Assembly (NCBI GenBank): GCA_900552365.1
Contig: URZP01000001.1
Coordinates: forward strand, 1-57,013
Direction: 5' to 3'
From: an uncultured Coriobacteriaceae bacterium
Lineage (GTDB): Bacteria > Actinomycetota > Coriobacteriia > Coriobacteriales > Eggerthellaceae
DNA: 57,013 bases
Shown here: in pieces, positions 18,201 to 28,432 of the stretch
Numbering within the stretch: position 1 is the stretch's first letter
How the letters are laid out: each line of letters begins with the position of its first letter
Translations under genes and position numbers: made by a program
The notes under the pieces: generated by a model
Databases searched by the model: none
Told to the model about the DNA's origin: nothing
Seen by the model: the letters and a program-made list of their open reading frames with translations, nothing else

Positions 18201-18599
18201 TTAGCGGCCGGGAAACAGCGTGTGCACCAGCATGCGGCCGAACACGATGCCCAGCAGGCACGAGAACAACGTGAGCGTGACGTTCAGCAGTGCAACGCCG
18301 TAGCTGGCGTTGTCAATAAGGTGGATGGTCTCAAGGCCGAAGGTCGACAACGTGGTGAAGCCGCCCAGAAGGCCAACTGTGGCGAAGTTTTTCCAAACGG
18401 GCGTGTCGTGCCAGGTGAAGAAGCTTGCCAGAAAGCCCATCGCGAAGCAGCCGATGGTGTTGATGACCATCGTTGAGATGGGGAAGGGATAGAACGGGTT
18501 GGCTCCCGCTAGCAGATGCGCGAACCCCACGTTCGTGAGGTATCTGATCGAAGCGCCCAAAGCGCCGCCGATCGCAACTGCCAACAGATTGAGTCCCAT
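18201..18599 (-). CDS. crcB: Fluoride ion channel CrcB/FluC
   Basis: The 132-aa product has four TM segments, with 'GGALGASIRY' and 'GLLGGFTTLSTF' typical of CrcB. Confidence 0.9.
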   Translation of the reverse strand: MGLNLLAVAIGGALGASIRYLTNVGFAHLLAGANPFYPFPISTMVINTIGCFAMGFLASFFTWHDTPVWKNFATVGLLGGFTTLSTFGLETIHLIDNASYGVALLNVTLTLFSCLLGIVFGRMLVHTLFPGR

Positions 18600-18697
18600 T
18601 TTCTTCGCCTTCTTGCTTGTTCCGATAATAACTTGGTCGCGTGTGCGGCCTTATTCGTTTGCTGGTGCGAGCCGTGCACTCTGCTGCCGTGTCCGCT

Positions 18698-20062
18698 TTA
18701 GTTCTTCAGCGAGTTGAGCGGGGCGGGGATGCGGCCGCCACGGTGAGCGAACACCGAGCCGGCGTACTCGTTCACGGGGATGACGGGGGCGTAACCCAGC
18801 AGACCGCCGAAGTTCAGGCGGTCGCTCGGCTTCTTGCCGATTGCGGGGATCAGGCGAACGGCGGTGGTCTTGTTGTTGATCATGCCGATGGCTGCCTCGT
18901 CGGCGATGATGCCCAGGATGGCTTCGACCGAGGTGTCGCCGGGGATGGCGATCATGTCAAGGCCGACCGAGCAAACGCAGGTCATGGCCTCGAGTTTCTC
19001 AAGATGCAGCGCGCCCATCTCGGCGGCGCGGATCATGCCGGCATCCTCGGAAACGGGGATGAAAGCACCAGAAAGGCCGCCAACGCTGGAGCTTGCCATG
19101 ACGCCGCCTTTCTTAACAGCGTCGTTCAGCATGGCAAGGGCAGCCGTGGTGCCAGGGCCGCCGCAGGTGCCCACGCCGATTTCCTCAAGGATGTTGGCAA
19201 CCGAGTCGCCCGCAGCCGGGGTGGGGGCAAGAGACAGGTCAAGAATGCCTTTCTCGTAGCCCAAGCGGCTTGCGGCCTCGCGGGCCATAAGCTCGCCGGC
19301 GCGGGTGATCTTGAAGGCGGTGGACTTGATGGCCTCGGCCACGGTGGTGAGGTCGGCGTCCTTGGGAAGGTCGGCCAGAACCGCACGCACAACGCCCGGG
19401 CCAGACACGCCGACGTTGATGGTTTCATCGGCTTCGCCGGCGCCGTGGAATGCGCCTGCCATGAAGGGGTTGTCTTCGACGGCGTTGCAGAACACGACCA
19501 GTTTGCCTGCGCCGATGCACTCGCGATCGGCGGTAAGCTCGGCGGACTTCTTGATGATGCCGGCCATTTTCAGGGCGGCATCCATGTTGATGCCGGCGCG
19601 GGTGGAGCCCACGTTCACCGACGAGCAGACGATATCGGTTTTGGCCAGCGCCTCGGGGATGGAGTCCATCAGTTTTTCGTCGGCGCGGGTGGAACCCTTG
19701 TGAACCAAGGCCGAGAAACCGCCGACGAAGTTAACGCCAACTTCTTTGGCGGCCTTGTCCATGGCCTCGGCGATGGGCGAAAGGTCGGTTTCGGGAACGG
19801 CGTCGCACAGCTCGGCGATGGGAGTGACCGAGATGCGCTTGTTGACAATGGGGATGCCGTATTCGCGCTCGAGTTGCTCGGCGGTGGGAACCAGGTTCTC
19901 GGCGGCCGAGGTCATGCGGTCGTAGATTTTGCGCGAGATTCCGTCGACGCTGTCGGCGGCGCATGAGCGCAGGTTAAGACCCAGCGTGATGGTGCGGATA
20001 TCCAGGTTTTGCTCGGTGATCATCGCGGTGGTTGCGGCGACGTCGGCAGGCGTGATCTGCAT
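18698..20062 (-). CDS. UPF0210/DUF711 ('PFL family') protein
   Basis: '[13 protein letters not shown]' and '[13 protein letters not shown]' are characteristic of the conserved 450-aa UPF0210 family. GAGGAG lies 5 nt upstream of the ATG. Confidence 0.85.
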   Translation of the reverse strand: MQITPADVAATTAMITEQNLDIRTITLGLNLRSCAADSVDGISRKIYDRMTSAAENLVPTAEQLEREYGIPIVNKRISVTPIAELCDAVPETDLSPIAEAMDKAAKEVGVNFVGGFSALVHKGSTRADEKLMDSIPEALAKTDIVCSSVNVGSTRAGINMDAALKMAGIIKKSAELTADRECIGAGKLVVFCNAVEDNPFMAGAFHGAGEADETINVGVSGPGVVRAVLADLPKDADLTTVAEAIKSTAFKITRAGELMAREAASRLGYEKGILDLSLAPTPAAGDSVANILEEIGVGTCGGPGTTAALAMLNDAVKKGGVMASSSVGGLSGAFIPVSEDAGMIRAAEMGALHLEKLEAMTCVCSVGLDMIAIPGDTSVEAILGIIADEAAIGMINNKTTAVRLIPAIGKKPSDRLNFGGLLGYAPVIPVNEYAGSVFAHRGGRIPAPLNSLKN

Positions 20063-20199
20063 GGCTCCTCGTTTTCATTCGTGGTGTGCGATGCGCTTTT
20101 CTTGGCGCGCGGCGCTTGCGACCGCGATGCGCATCCGATTCTTCAAGAATAGCAAAGCCTGATGTGCCGCTTGTTACGAATGGGGATATCGACGAAAAG

Positions 20200-20505
20200 A
20201 TGACGGAACGCGTGGTTGGCGTGGCTGTTGGCGGTTTGCGTTCGACTATGGGTTGTACTCGCGGTAGCTGTCCATTGCGGTTCCCTCGTGGTTTTCTCGA
20301 ACCCGCTAATATAGGCAACATCCGCCGCAAAGGCGTGCATCTGGGTTATGTCCCGCGTGCCAGGAACGCCACCATCGCTCAGCTGTTTCGTTTCGGCCAC
20401 AACAACGTTTTCGAGTGCCGCGTTATGAAGGTGGACAAAAGCGCCGATCCGCGCAATCAGGTTCACGTGGGCATCTACGTGGTCGACAAGCGCAAGAAGA
20501 ACTAG
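20200..20505 (+). CDS. Small HIRAN-like domain protein (tentative)
   Basis: 'VVGV', 'LEPAN', 'HLGYVPRARNATIAQL' and 'VHVGIYV' follow the HIRAN pattern ([IV]xG[VT]...EPxN...lGYvPr..A..iA...). The start is uncertain, there is no clear RBS, and an antisense ORF of similar length exists. Confidence 0.35.
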   Translation: MTERVVGVAVGGLRSTMGCTRGSCPLRFPRGFLEPANIGNIRRKGVHLGYVPRARNATIAQLFRFGHNNVFECRVMKVDKSADPRNQVHVGIYVVDKRKKN

Positions 20506-20939
20506 TTCGAGCCCTTCTTCCTTAGAATCGTCGCTGGCTATTTTTCCTGGTAGCTGGCGACAATTTCTTTCAGGTACTCCTGATAGGCAACCTGAACGGA
20601 TTTCGGCGACTTCAGCCATGTTCGGTCCCTTCAGGTTGGCTTGATCTTTCGCTGAACCATTCTAAGCGTTGTCGGGTGTGCGCGCCGTCGGTCTTTCGCG
20701 AGGCGATCTGTGCCTGCCTTTCGCGTGGCGTTTTGCCCAACGAGGTTGTGCGGTCGTCGCTGCCGTGGAGCTATTTTGGGTGATGATCTGTGCCTTTTGA
20801 GCTACAGATGGCAAACAGCTCGGTAGCATCGCGAAATGCCTGTAAAATATAAGGTTGCATACACTCTGAGCCGCATGGGACGTTCGCGTTTCGGCTTGCT
20901 TCCATCGGTTTGTTTCGAGTGAGTTCGAGAGGAAACGAT

Positions 20940-23900
20940 ATGACGAACAACCAAGCCGCTCCGCTGCGAATCGGCATCGACGTCGGTTCGACCACGGTCA
21001 AACTTGCGATCTTGGATCAAGACAACACGGTTCTGTATTCCGTTTACCAACGTCACCACTCTGACGTGCGCGCCACGGTCGCCGAGGTTCTTGAGAAGGC
21101 CGCCGAGGAATTCGGCGATGCCCCCATGACCATTGCCATCACGGGCTCGGGCGGCTTGCTTCTGGCCAAGTGGCTTGGCGTCGAATTCGTCCAGGAAGTC
21201 ATCGCGTCGAAAACCGCGGTTGAGGCCTTCATCCCCGAAACCGACGTTGCCATCGAGCTTGGCGGCGAGGACGCGAAGATCATTTATTTCGATCAATCCA
21301 TCGAGCAGCGCATGAACGGTCAGTGCGCCGGCGGTACAGGCGCGTTCATCGATCAGATGGCCACCCTTCTGAACACCGATGCCGGCGGCCTGAACGAAAT
21401 GGCCAAGAAGCACACCACCATTTACCCCATCGCATCGCGCTGTGGCGTGTTCGCGAAAACCGACGTTCAGCCGCTGCTGAACGAAGGCGCCAACAGGGAC
21501 GACATCGCTGCGTCTATTTTCCAGGCCGTCGTCACGCAGACCATTTCCGGCTTGGCCTGCGGCAGGCCCATTCGCGGCCATGTGGCTTTCTTGGGCGGCC
21601 CGCTGCAGTACTTGTCCGAGCTGCGCGAGCGCTTTTACATCACGCTCGGCTTGGACGAAGAGCACATCATTTTGCCCGAGAACGCCCACCTGTTCGTGGC
21701 CAGCGGCTGTGCGGTTGCGGGTGCCGAGTCTATTCTGAAAAAGGCAAGCGACGCAGCTGAAGGTGCCCAGCCCAAGGTCGAGACGCTTTCCGCATTGGTC
21801 GAGCGCCTACATGGTCTGGGCAACATCCAGGGCTCCGAGGTCACGCGTTTGGCCCCGCTGTTCAAGGATGAGGCCGACTATCAGGAATTCAAGCAGCGTC
21901 ACGACCGCGAGCGCGTGCGTCGCGGCGACCTGGCAACCTACGAGGGCACGGCGTTTTTGGGCATCGACGCAGGCTCCACCACCTTCAAGGCCGCGCTTAT
22001 CGGCGAGGATGGCCAGATTCTGTGGACCCATTACGTCAGCAACAAGGGCGACGTTCTTGGTTGCGCTAAGGATGCGCTCGCCAAGCTGTACGCCGACCTG
22101 CCTAAAGACCCCGACACCGGCAGGCCGCTGGTTCGCATCGGCCATTCCACGGTAACAGGCTACGGCGAGGCTTTGCTGCTGCAGGCCTTGCGTGTTGATT
22201 CCGGCGAAATCGAGACCGTCGCGCATTTGCGCGGCGCGCGTGAAATGGTACCTGACGTCGAGTTCATTCTGGACATTGGCGGCCAGGACATGAAGTGCCT
22301 GCGCGTCAAAGACGGCGTTATCGACCACATCATGTTGAACGAAGCCTGCTCGTCGGGCTGCGGCAGCTTCATCGAAAGTTTCGCAAGTGGCCTGAACCTT
22401 GAGGTTGCCGACTTCGCAGAAACCGCCAATGCGGCGGAAAATCCCGTTGACCTGGGCAGTCGCTGCACTGTATTCATGAACAGCCGCGTCAAGCAGGCTC
22501 AGAAGGAAGGTGCCACGGTTGGCGACATCGCCGCCGGCCTGGCCATTTCCGTCATCAAGAACGCGCTGTTCAAGGTTATCAAGATCCGCGACCCGCATGA
22601 CGTTGGCAAGCATGTCATCGTGCAGGGCGGCACGTTCCTGAACGACTCGGTCCTTCGCGCCTTCGAACAGCTCGCCGGTGTGAATGCCGTGCGCCCCGAC
22701 ATCGCCGGCAACATGGGCGCGTATGGCGCGGCCCTTTTGGCGCGCGACCGTTTCCACGAGTCCGTCACCCGCAATGCTCGCGAGTACGCGGCCCGCGGCG
22801 AATCGGCCCCGGCAGTTGCATCCACGCTTCTTTCCGTTGACGAGCTTGCTGCGCTTAATCCCACGCATCGCACCACGCGCTGCAAGGGCTGCTCGAACAG
22901 CTGCCTGCTTACCGTCAACGACTTCGGCGTGGACGAGGAAACTGGCCGTCATCGTCGTTTCATCACCGGCAATCGCTGCGAACGCGGTGCCGGTAATGCG
23001 CTGGACAAGAAGAACGAGGTCCCGAACTTGTTCAAGTACAAGTCCGAGCGCTTGTTCGACTACTACACGCCGCTCGAGCCCGATCAGGCTACGCGCGGCA
23101 CGGTTGGCATGCCCCGCGCTCTGAACATGTACGAGAACTATCCGTTCTGGTTCACCTTCTTCACCAAGCTGGGCTTCAGGGTTGTTCTGTCTGACCAATC
23201 CACCAAGAAGGTGTTCGAGTCGGGCATCGAGTCCATGCCTTCCGAAAGCGTGTGCTACCCGGCCAAGATGTCGCATGGTCACGTTATGAATCTGCTGGCC
23301 AAGCATCCCGATTTCATCTGGATGCCCTGCAGCAAGTGGGAGCGCCAAGAGGACGAAGGCGCCGGCAACCACTTCAACTGCCCTATTGTTGCCAGCTACC
23401 CCGAGGCGTTGCGCCTGAACATCGACGAGCTGCGTACATCTGATGTGGCCTTCTTGTCGCCGTGGCTGCCCTACGACAAGCGCGATTACCTGAAGAAGCG
23501 CCTGTTCGTCGAGCTGTGCGAGAATTTCGGCAACGTTGTTGGCAAGAATGGCAGCCTGCCCACCAAGCGCGAGATCGACGCCGCCGTCGACGCCGCATGG
23601 GAAGAGGACGCGCGCTTCAAAGCCGACATCCGCGCCAAGGGCGAGGAGACGCTTGCGTGGATGGAGAAAACCAACACGCACGGCATCGTGTTGGCTGGCC
23701 GTCCCTACCACAACGACCCCGAGATCAACCACGCCATCCCCGAGCTGCTTACCAGCTTCGGCTTGGCTGTGCTTACCGAAGATTCCATCGCTCACCTGGG
23801 CACGCTCGAGCGCCCCATTCGCTTGGTTGACCAGTGGATGTTCCATACGCGCCTGTACGCCGCCGCCAAGGTGGCCACGCAGCGTCGCGACCTCGACCTT

Positions 23901-25682
23901 ATCCAGCTGAACAGCTTCGGCTGCGGCCTTGATGCCCTGACCACCGATCAGGTGCAGGAGATCCTCGAGGCTTCGGGCAAGATCTACACCGTTCTGAAGA
24001 TCGACGAGGTTTCCAACTTGGGCGCCGCTCGTATCCGTGTGCGCAGCTTGCTTGCCGCGCTTCGCGATCAGCAAGAGAAGGAAGCCGAGGCGATTCTCGA
24101 GGCCAACACCGGCTGTCCTGCCGCGCAGGCCGAAGAACTTGTCGCCAAGTTCGAGGCGCGCCGCGAGGCATCGGACGGCGCCGACGTTGCCACCGCTGCT
24201 GCCGAGATCGCCAGCAAGATGCGTGCGGCTGGCGCTGCCGAGTCCGAGGTGAACGCCCTGAAGAAGGTTGCGGCTGACCTTGAGGACGTGAATCGCGACG
24301 CCGAGTCCACCCAGTTCCCGCGCGCTGAGTTCACCAAGGAAATGAAGGATGCGGGCTACACCATCCTCGCCCCGCAGATGGCCCCGTACCACTTCGAGTT
24401 GCTGGCGCCCGTGTTCAAGGCAAACGGCTACAACATGGAACTTCTGCCGTCGGTTGACCATGGTGCGGTTGATGCCGGCTTGAAGTACGTCAACAATGAT
24501 ATCTGCTATCCGTCCATTCTGGTTACCGGCCAGATCATGGAGGCGGTCACCAGCGGTCGATACGACACGCACAAGCTGGCCGTCATCATCACGCAGACGG
24601 GCGGCGGCTGTCGTGCCACCAACTACATCTCGCTGATCCGCAAGGCTTTGAAGGCCGCGAACCTCGAGTACATCCCCGTTATCTCGCTGGCCCTGCAGGG
24701 CGGCTTGGACGAGAGCAACTCGGGCTTCAAGGTTACGCTGCCCATGCTCAAGCAGGCAATTTACGCGTTCTCGTACGGCGACCTTCTTATGACCGCGCTG
24801 TACCGCACGCGCCCCTACGAGGTCGAGCCTGGCAGTGCTCAGCGCTTGTTCGATTACTGGATGGCAACTTGCAAGCAGCAGCTGTACAGCGGCGTGAAGC
24901 AGGGCGTTTTCGCGAAGACCGTTCAAAAGATCGTCGAGGACTTCGACACCTTGCCGCTTCAGGGCGAGGGCACTAAACCCCGTGTTGGCGTTGTCGGTGA
25001 GATTTTGGTCAAGTTCCATCCTACGGCGAACAACCAGGTGGTTGACGTCATCGAGGCCGAGGGCTGCGAAGCCGTTGTCCCCGGCTTGATCGAGTTCTTC
25101 TTGTTTGGCATTGCGGGCCGCATTTTCCAGAAGGACCCGCTGGGCCGCTCGTCCAAGGGCGCGTTCGGCGCGAAGATGATCCTTGGCCTGCTAAAGACCA
25201 TGCGCAAGCCGGTTATCGACGCCATGGGGAAGTCCACGCGCTTCGAGGCCCCAACCGACATCTTCACGCTGGCCGGTTATGGCGAGGAGATCCTGAGCTT
25301 GTGCAACTCCATGGGTGAGGGTTGGCTGCTTACCGCCGAGATGGTTGAGCTGGTGCGTCATGGCGCTCCGAACGTCGTGTGCGCTCAACCGTTCGCGTGC
25401 CTGCCCAACCACGTGGTTGGCAGGGCCGTCATCAAGGAGATCCGCCGCCGTTACCCCATGGCCAACATCGTGGCCGTCGACTACGATCCTGGCTCGTCCG
25501 AAGTCAATCAGCTCAACCGCATCAAACTGATGATTTCGGTTGCTAAGGCTAACTTGGCCGAGAAGGAGGCCGAGGCGAAGGGTCAGCGCGATGCGCGCCT
25601 GGATGCTGCTGGCCCGCATGCGGTCCAGCAGGACATGGGCGATTTCGAGCTGGATGTTGAAACCGAAAAGGTTGAGAAGTAA
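20940..25682 (+). CDS. Giant fusion of two BcrA/BadF/HgdC-type activase ATPase domains, a CoA-enzyme-activase-associated domain and a 2-hydroxyacyl-CoA dehydratase (HgdB/D-like) module
   Basis: Two acetate/sugar-kinase-fold starts ('[14 protein letters not shown]', '[14 protein letters not shown]') are followed by the Cys cluster 'CKGCSNSC...GNRCERG'. Next come '[14 protein letters not shown]' and '[10 protein letters not shown]', an Ala/Glu-rich linker, and '[14 protein letters not shown]' and 'GGGCRATNY'. I prefer the ATG at 20940 (preceded by GAGAGGA) over 20910. Confidence 0.8.
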   Translation: MTNNQAAPLRIGIDVGSTTVKLAILDQDNTVLYSVYQRHHSDVRATVAEVLEKAAEEFGDAPMTIAITGSGGLLLAKWLGVEFVQEVIASKTAVEAFIPETDVAIELGGEDAKIIYFDQSIEQRMNGQCAGGTGAFIDQMATLLNTDAGGLNEMAKKHTTIYPIASRCGVFAKTDVQPLLNEGANRDDIAASIFQAVVTQTISGLACGRPIRGHVAFLGGPLQYLSELRERFYITLGLDEEHIILPENAHLFVASGCAVAGAESILKKASDAAEGAQPKVETLSALVERLHGLGNIQGSEVTRLAPLFKDEADYQEFKQRHDRERVRRGDLATYEGTAFLGIDAGSTTFKAALIGEDGQILWTHYVSNKGDVLGCAKDALAKLYADLPKDPDTGRPLVRIGHSTVTGYGEALLLQALRVDSGEIETVAHLRGAREMVPDVEFILDIGGQDMKCLRVKDGVIDHIMLNEACSSGCGSFIESFASGLNLEVADFAETANAAENPVDLGSRCTVFMNSRVKQAQKEGATVGDIAAGLAISVIKNALFKVIKIRDPHDVGKHVIVQGGTFLNDSVLRAFEQLAGVNAVRPDIAGNMGAYGAALLARDRFHESVTRNAREYAARGESAPAVASTLLSVDELAALNPTHRTTRCKGCSNSCLLTVNDFGVDEETGRHRRFITGNRCERGAGNALDKKNEVPNLFKYKSERLFDYYTPLEPDQATRGTVGMPRALNMYENYPFWFTFFTKLGFRVVLSDQSTKKVFESGIESMPSESVCYPAKMSHGHVMNLLAKHPDFIWMPCSKWERQEDEGAGNHFNCPIVASYPEALRLNIDELRTSDVAFLSPWLPYDKRDYLKKRLFVELCENFGNVVGKNGSLPTKREIDAAVDAAWEEDARFKADIRAKGEETLAWMEKTNTHGIVLAGRPYHNDPEINHAIPELLTSFGLAVLTEDSIAHLGTLERPIRLVDQWMFHTRLYAAAKVATQRRDLDLIQLNSFGCGLDALTTDQVQEILEASGKIYTVLKIDEVSNLGAARIRVRSLLAALRDQQEKEAEAILEANTGCPAAQAEELVAKFEARREASDGADVATAAAEIASKMRAAGAAESEVNALKKVAADLEDVNRDAESTQFPRAEFTKEMKDAGYTILAPQMAPYHFELLAPVFKANGYNMELLPSVDHGAVDAGLKYVNNDICYPSILVTGQIMEAVTSGRYDTHKLAVIITQTGGGCRATNYISLIRKALKAANLEYIPVISLALQGGLDESNSGFKVTLPMLKQAIYAFSYGDLLMTALYRTRPYEVEPGSAQRLFDYWMATCKQQLYSGVKQGVFAKTVQKIVEDFDTLPLQGEGTKPRVGVVGEILVKFHPTANNQVVDVIEAEGCEAVVPGLIEFFLFGIAGRIFQKDPLGRSSKGAFGAKMILGLLKTMRKPVIDAMGKSTRFEAPTDIFTLAGYGEEILSLCNSMGEGWLLTAEMVELVRHGAPNVVCAQPFACLPNHVVGRAVIKEIRRRYPMANIVAVDYDPGSSEVNQLNRIKLMISVAKANLAEKEAEAKGQRDARLDAAGPHAVQQDMGDFELDVETEKVEK

Positions 25683-26714
25683 ATGATCTCTTTCCAGATC
25701 AAAAACGAAGAGAATGCGAAAGGTGCCGCCGTGTTTGGCGGCGCCTTCGTTGATGGCGCGGCGAACGCGGGCGACTACGAGGACGTTGCCGCTCAGACTA
25801 CTTGCGAGGACACCGCGAGCGAACATGCGCGTGGCGATCGCGAGGGCAAGCTGTACGTATGCCCCACGCCTATCGGTAACTTGGGCGATATCACGTTGCG
25901 TACGCTTGAAGCTCTGCGCGATGCCGACGTCGTGTGCGCCGAGGACACGCGCGTCACGGGCAAGCTTCTTGCTGCGCTTGGCATTGAGAAGCGCCTTGAG
26001 CGCTTGGATGAGAACACCATCGGCAAGCGCGCCGAAGCGGTGGCGCAGCGCATCGCCGCAGGCGAGCGCATCGCGTACTGTTCCGATGCCGGCATGCCGG
26101 GCGTTTCCGACCCGGGCATGCGCCTTGTTTCCGCAACGCGTGAGCTCGGCTGCGCGGTTGACGTTCTGCCTGGTCCCACGGCTTTCGCCACGGCGTTCGT
26201 GGCAAGCGGGTGCACCGATACCTCGTTCATGTTCGTTGGTTTCTTCCCGCGCAAGGGCGCTCAGCGTCGCGAGGCGCTTGAAAACCTGCGCGATTTGCAG
26301 GCTGCGCTTATCTTCTACGAAAGCCCCAACAGGCTGGCCGATGCGCTGAGCGTTATCGCTTCTGTTTTCCCGTTGCGCAAGGTCACGGTGTGCCGCGAGC
26401 TTACCAAGCTGCACGAAGAGGTTTACCGTGGCGATGCCCCGGCTGTTGCGCAGGAGTTTGCCAAGCGCGCCCAAGAAGGTCGCGTGAAGGGCGAGATCGT
26501 CATCGTCATTGACGGGCCCAGCGCTGAAGAAGGCGAGCAAGCTGCGTCGAATGCCGCCGCGCAGGCGGAAGACCGCGCGGCAGAGCTTGCCGCAGCGGGC
26601 GAGAAGGGCAAGCAGATCACGAAAACCCTGGTCGCAGAGTTCGGCATTCCCAAAAATGAGGCCTATCGCCTGGCTCTTGATGCCGTTGCCGCCGTTAAAG
26701 CGGAGCGATCTTAA
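25683..26714 (+). CDS. rsmI: 16S rRNA (cytidine1402-2'-O)-methyltransferase RsmI with an N-terminal extension of about 55 aa
   Basis: 'LYVCPTPIGNLGDITLRTLEALRDADVVCAEDTR' is present. The ATG immediately follows the TAA of the upstream gene. Confidence 0.85.
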   Translation: MISFQIKNEENAKGAAVFGGAFVDGAANAGDYEDVAAQTTCEDTASEHARGDREGKLYVCPTPIGNLGDITLRTLEALRDADVVCAEDTRVTGKLLAALGIEKRLERLDENTIGKRAEAVAQRIAAGERIAYCSDAGMPGVSDPGMRLVSATRELGCAVDVLPGPTAFATAFVASGCTDTSFMFVGFFPRKGAQRREALENLRDLQAALIFYESPNRLADALSVIASVFPLRKVTVCRELTKLHEEVYRGDAPAVAQEFAKRAQEGRVKGEIVIVIDGPSAEEGEQAASNAAAQAEDRAAELAAAGEKGKQITKTLVAEFGIPKNEAYRLALDAVAAVKAERS

Positions 26715-27296
26715 TTGGCAGGGAAGCGGTCGAAGGCGCTAGCCGCTGAACCCGAATGGATCGAGGTTGACGGCTTGCGCGTGTTGGTGCGTCGCAAGAG
26801 CGTGAAGAACATCACGCTGCGCGTGAAAGCCCCCGACGGTCACGCGGAGCTTTCTGTGCCGCTGCGCGAGCCCGTTTCAAATATACAGGCCATCGTACGC
26901 GATCGTCGTGACTGGATCGAGCGTCATGCGGTGATTGCGCGCGAATCGGTAGCGGCTAAGGCCGAGAGCGCGACCCCCGAAGAGGTTGCGCGTTGGCGCG
27001 CCAAAGTTCAGGCGCATGTGCCGGCGCTTATCGCGAAATGGGAGCCGGTGCTTGGGGTGAAGGCCGGCAAGCTTGCGTATCGCAACATGAAAACCAGGTG
27101 GGGAAGCTGCCAACCTGCGACGGGCCGTATTTGCATCAACGTGCGCCTGGCGTTGTATCCGCCAGAATGCCTTGAGTATGTGGTGGTGCATGAGCTGTGC
27201 CATCTTTTGGTTTCAGGGCACGGTCCGTCGTTCTACGCCTTGCTTGACCAGCATCTTCCTAATTGGCGCGCAGCTCGTAAGAAGCTTCGCTCGTAG
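26715..27296 (+). CDS. YgjP-like (DUF45/M48-related) zinc metallopeptidase
   Basis: 'WGSC...INVRL' and 'VVVHELCHLLVSGH' provide the HExxH motif. The start is a TTG directly after the rsmI stop. Confidence 0.7.
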   Translation: MAGKRSKALAAEPEWIEVDGLRVLVRRKSVKNITLRVKAPDGHAELSVPLREPVSNIQAIVRDRRDWIERHAVIARESVAAKAESATPEEVARWRAKVQAHVPALIAKWEPVLGVKAGKLAYRNMKTRWGSCQPATGRICINVRLALYPPECLEYVVVHELCHLLVSGHGPSFYALLDQHLPNWRAARKKLRS

Positions 27297-27302
27297 TACG
27301 AG

Positions 27303-27323
27303 GGGCGGCGGGCGCCGCTCTTT
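27303..27323. terminator. Short GC hairpin between convergent genes
   Basis: GGGCGGC-GGGC-GCCGCTC is followed by TTT. Confidence 0.35.
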
Positions 27324-27371
27324 AGCTCTTTCGGTGCCGAGGTCTAGCCGTATAGCCGCCTGCGTTTAGAG

Positions 27372-27944
27372 CTAGTCGTCCAGTTCGGCTTCGATCTTCG
27401 CACGGCGCTGCTTCGCTTCGAAGAACGCCAAGGCCAGCGCACCGAACACGGCGATGAAGATCACGACGCCGAACACCGCGCCCGTTGCCAGATTCGCCAC
27501 CCAAAAGACGTTTTCGAGCGGAACGATTTGCGCTTCGGCGATGCAGCGCATGGCGGCAATGGCAAGTGCGCTTGCGACGCCGGTGATGCCGGCGATAAGC
27601 AAGAAATAGCCTGTGGGTAGGTGATCGGTCTGGCCGAAGCGATTGGTGTCGACGTAACCCTTTCGCGTTTGCTGCACAGAACATATCAACATCACGACGA
27701 ACAGCCACGCGTACATGACGGCATCGACGGGGTTTGCGAAGAGCTTGAACGCGCCGTCGGCGCCGTTGTGCACCCAAGCAACTTGCTGAGCCATGATTTG
27801 GTAGACCAGCAGCACCAGCATTCCGAACGAGAGCAGCATGAATCCGAACTTGTAGATCTTGGCGTTCTCGGCTTCAAGACGTTCGTCTTTGGGACCTGCG
27901 TATTCACGCCATTTCCGTGCGAGTTTCGTATTCTGCAGTTTCAT
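27372..27944 (-). CDS. Integral membrane protein of unknown function (4 predicted TM segments), partner of an XRE regulator
   Basis: The hydrophobic segments were read from the translation. It lies 47 nt downstream of, and co-directional with, the small HTH gene. Confidence 0.6.
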   Translation of the reverse strand: MKLQNTKLARKWREYAGPKDERLEAENAKIYKFGFMLLSFGMLVLLVYQIMAQQVAWVHNGADGAFKLFANPVDAVMYAWLFVVMLICSVQQTRKGYVDTNRFGQTDHLPTGYFLLIAGITGVASALAIAAMRCIAEAQIVPLENVFWVANLATGAVFGVVIFIAVFGALALAFFEAKQRRAKIEAELDD

Positions 27945-27991
27945 GATTCGCTCCTAAAACGAGTGGGTTGGATTGAGTGAAGGAGGCTCGC

Positions 27992-28201
27992 TTAGTTTTC
28001 GCCATCCCAGAACAGATCGTTCAAGGTGACGTGCAGGGTTTTGCAAATTGCCACGCATAGGTTGAGCGTGGGGTTGTAGCCGCCTGCCTCGATAAGCCCG
28101 ATGGTCTGTCGCGTGACGCCTACGGCTTCGGCAAGGTCGGTTTGCGAAAGGCCGGCCGCCGCGCGTGCCGCCTTCATGCGAAGATTCTTTTCTCCAGGCA
28201 T
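27992..28201 (-). CDS. Small XRE-family helix-turn-helix transcriptional regulator (69 aa)
   Basis: 'LSQTDLAEAVGVTRQTIGLIEAGGYNPTLNLCVAICKTL' is a classic Cro/C1 HTH. Confidence 0.9.
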   Translation of the reverse strand: MPGEKNLRMKAARAAAGLSQTDLAEAVGVTRQTIGLIEAGGYNPTLNLCVAICKTLHVTLNDLFWDGEN

Positions 28202-28230
28202 GAGATCCCTTTCGTGAATAGACGGATATC

Positions 28231-28240
28231 TGTTGCAACA
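28231..28240. promoter_or_regulatory. 10-bp perfect palindrome TGTTGCAACA upstream of the XRE gene (candidate operator)
   Basis: It was read directly and lies 30 bp upstream of the XRE start, in an AT-rich divergent region that also contains two more TTGCA boxes. Confidence 0.3.
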
Positions 28241-28432
28241 TGACAGAAATATATTGCATCAATTTCGGAATGTCAAATATAAATTGCAAAATGAAAGAAA
28301 GAATTGTCGTTTCGAGGGCGCAGCTTGTCGCTCATGCGCCCTCGGCCGCGCTGCCGTGTGCCCATTTGGTGGGAACAGCCTGTGCGGAAGCCCCCTCTTT
28401 TATAATCGGAGTATCCAACGACAAGGATTGAT

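Noticed and set aside
18600-18697. A possible fluoride riboswitch upstream of crcB.
   Set aside because: I read the minus-strand spacer and found none of the conserved crcB-motif core sequences (GAUGG ... CUGAUGA/UAAUGA). Only weak 4-bp stems are present.
20506-20619. A minus-strand frame giving a protein-like peptide '...LKSPKSVQVAYQEYLKEIVASYQEK*'.
   Set aside because: Only about 25 codons lie between stops, with no ATG or GTG start and no RBS. It may be a relic of a decayed gene, but that cannot be supported from this sequence alone.
21807-25019. A 1070-aa minus-strand ORF inside the giant activase gene.
   Set aside because: The plus-strand frame carries multiple family motifs. The minus frame is repetitive (rich in A/G/V/L/R/D) without motifs, so it is an antisense artefact.
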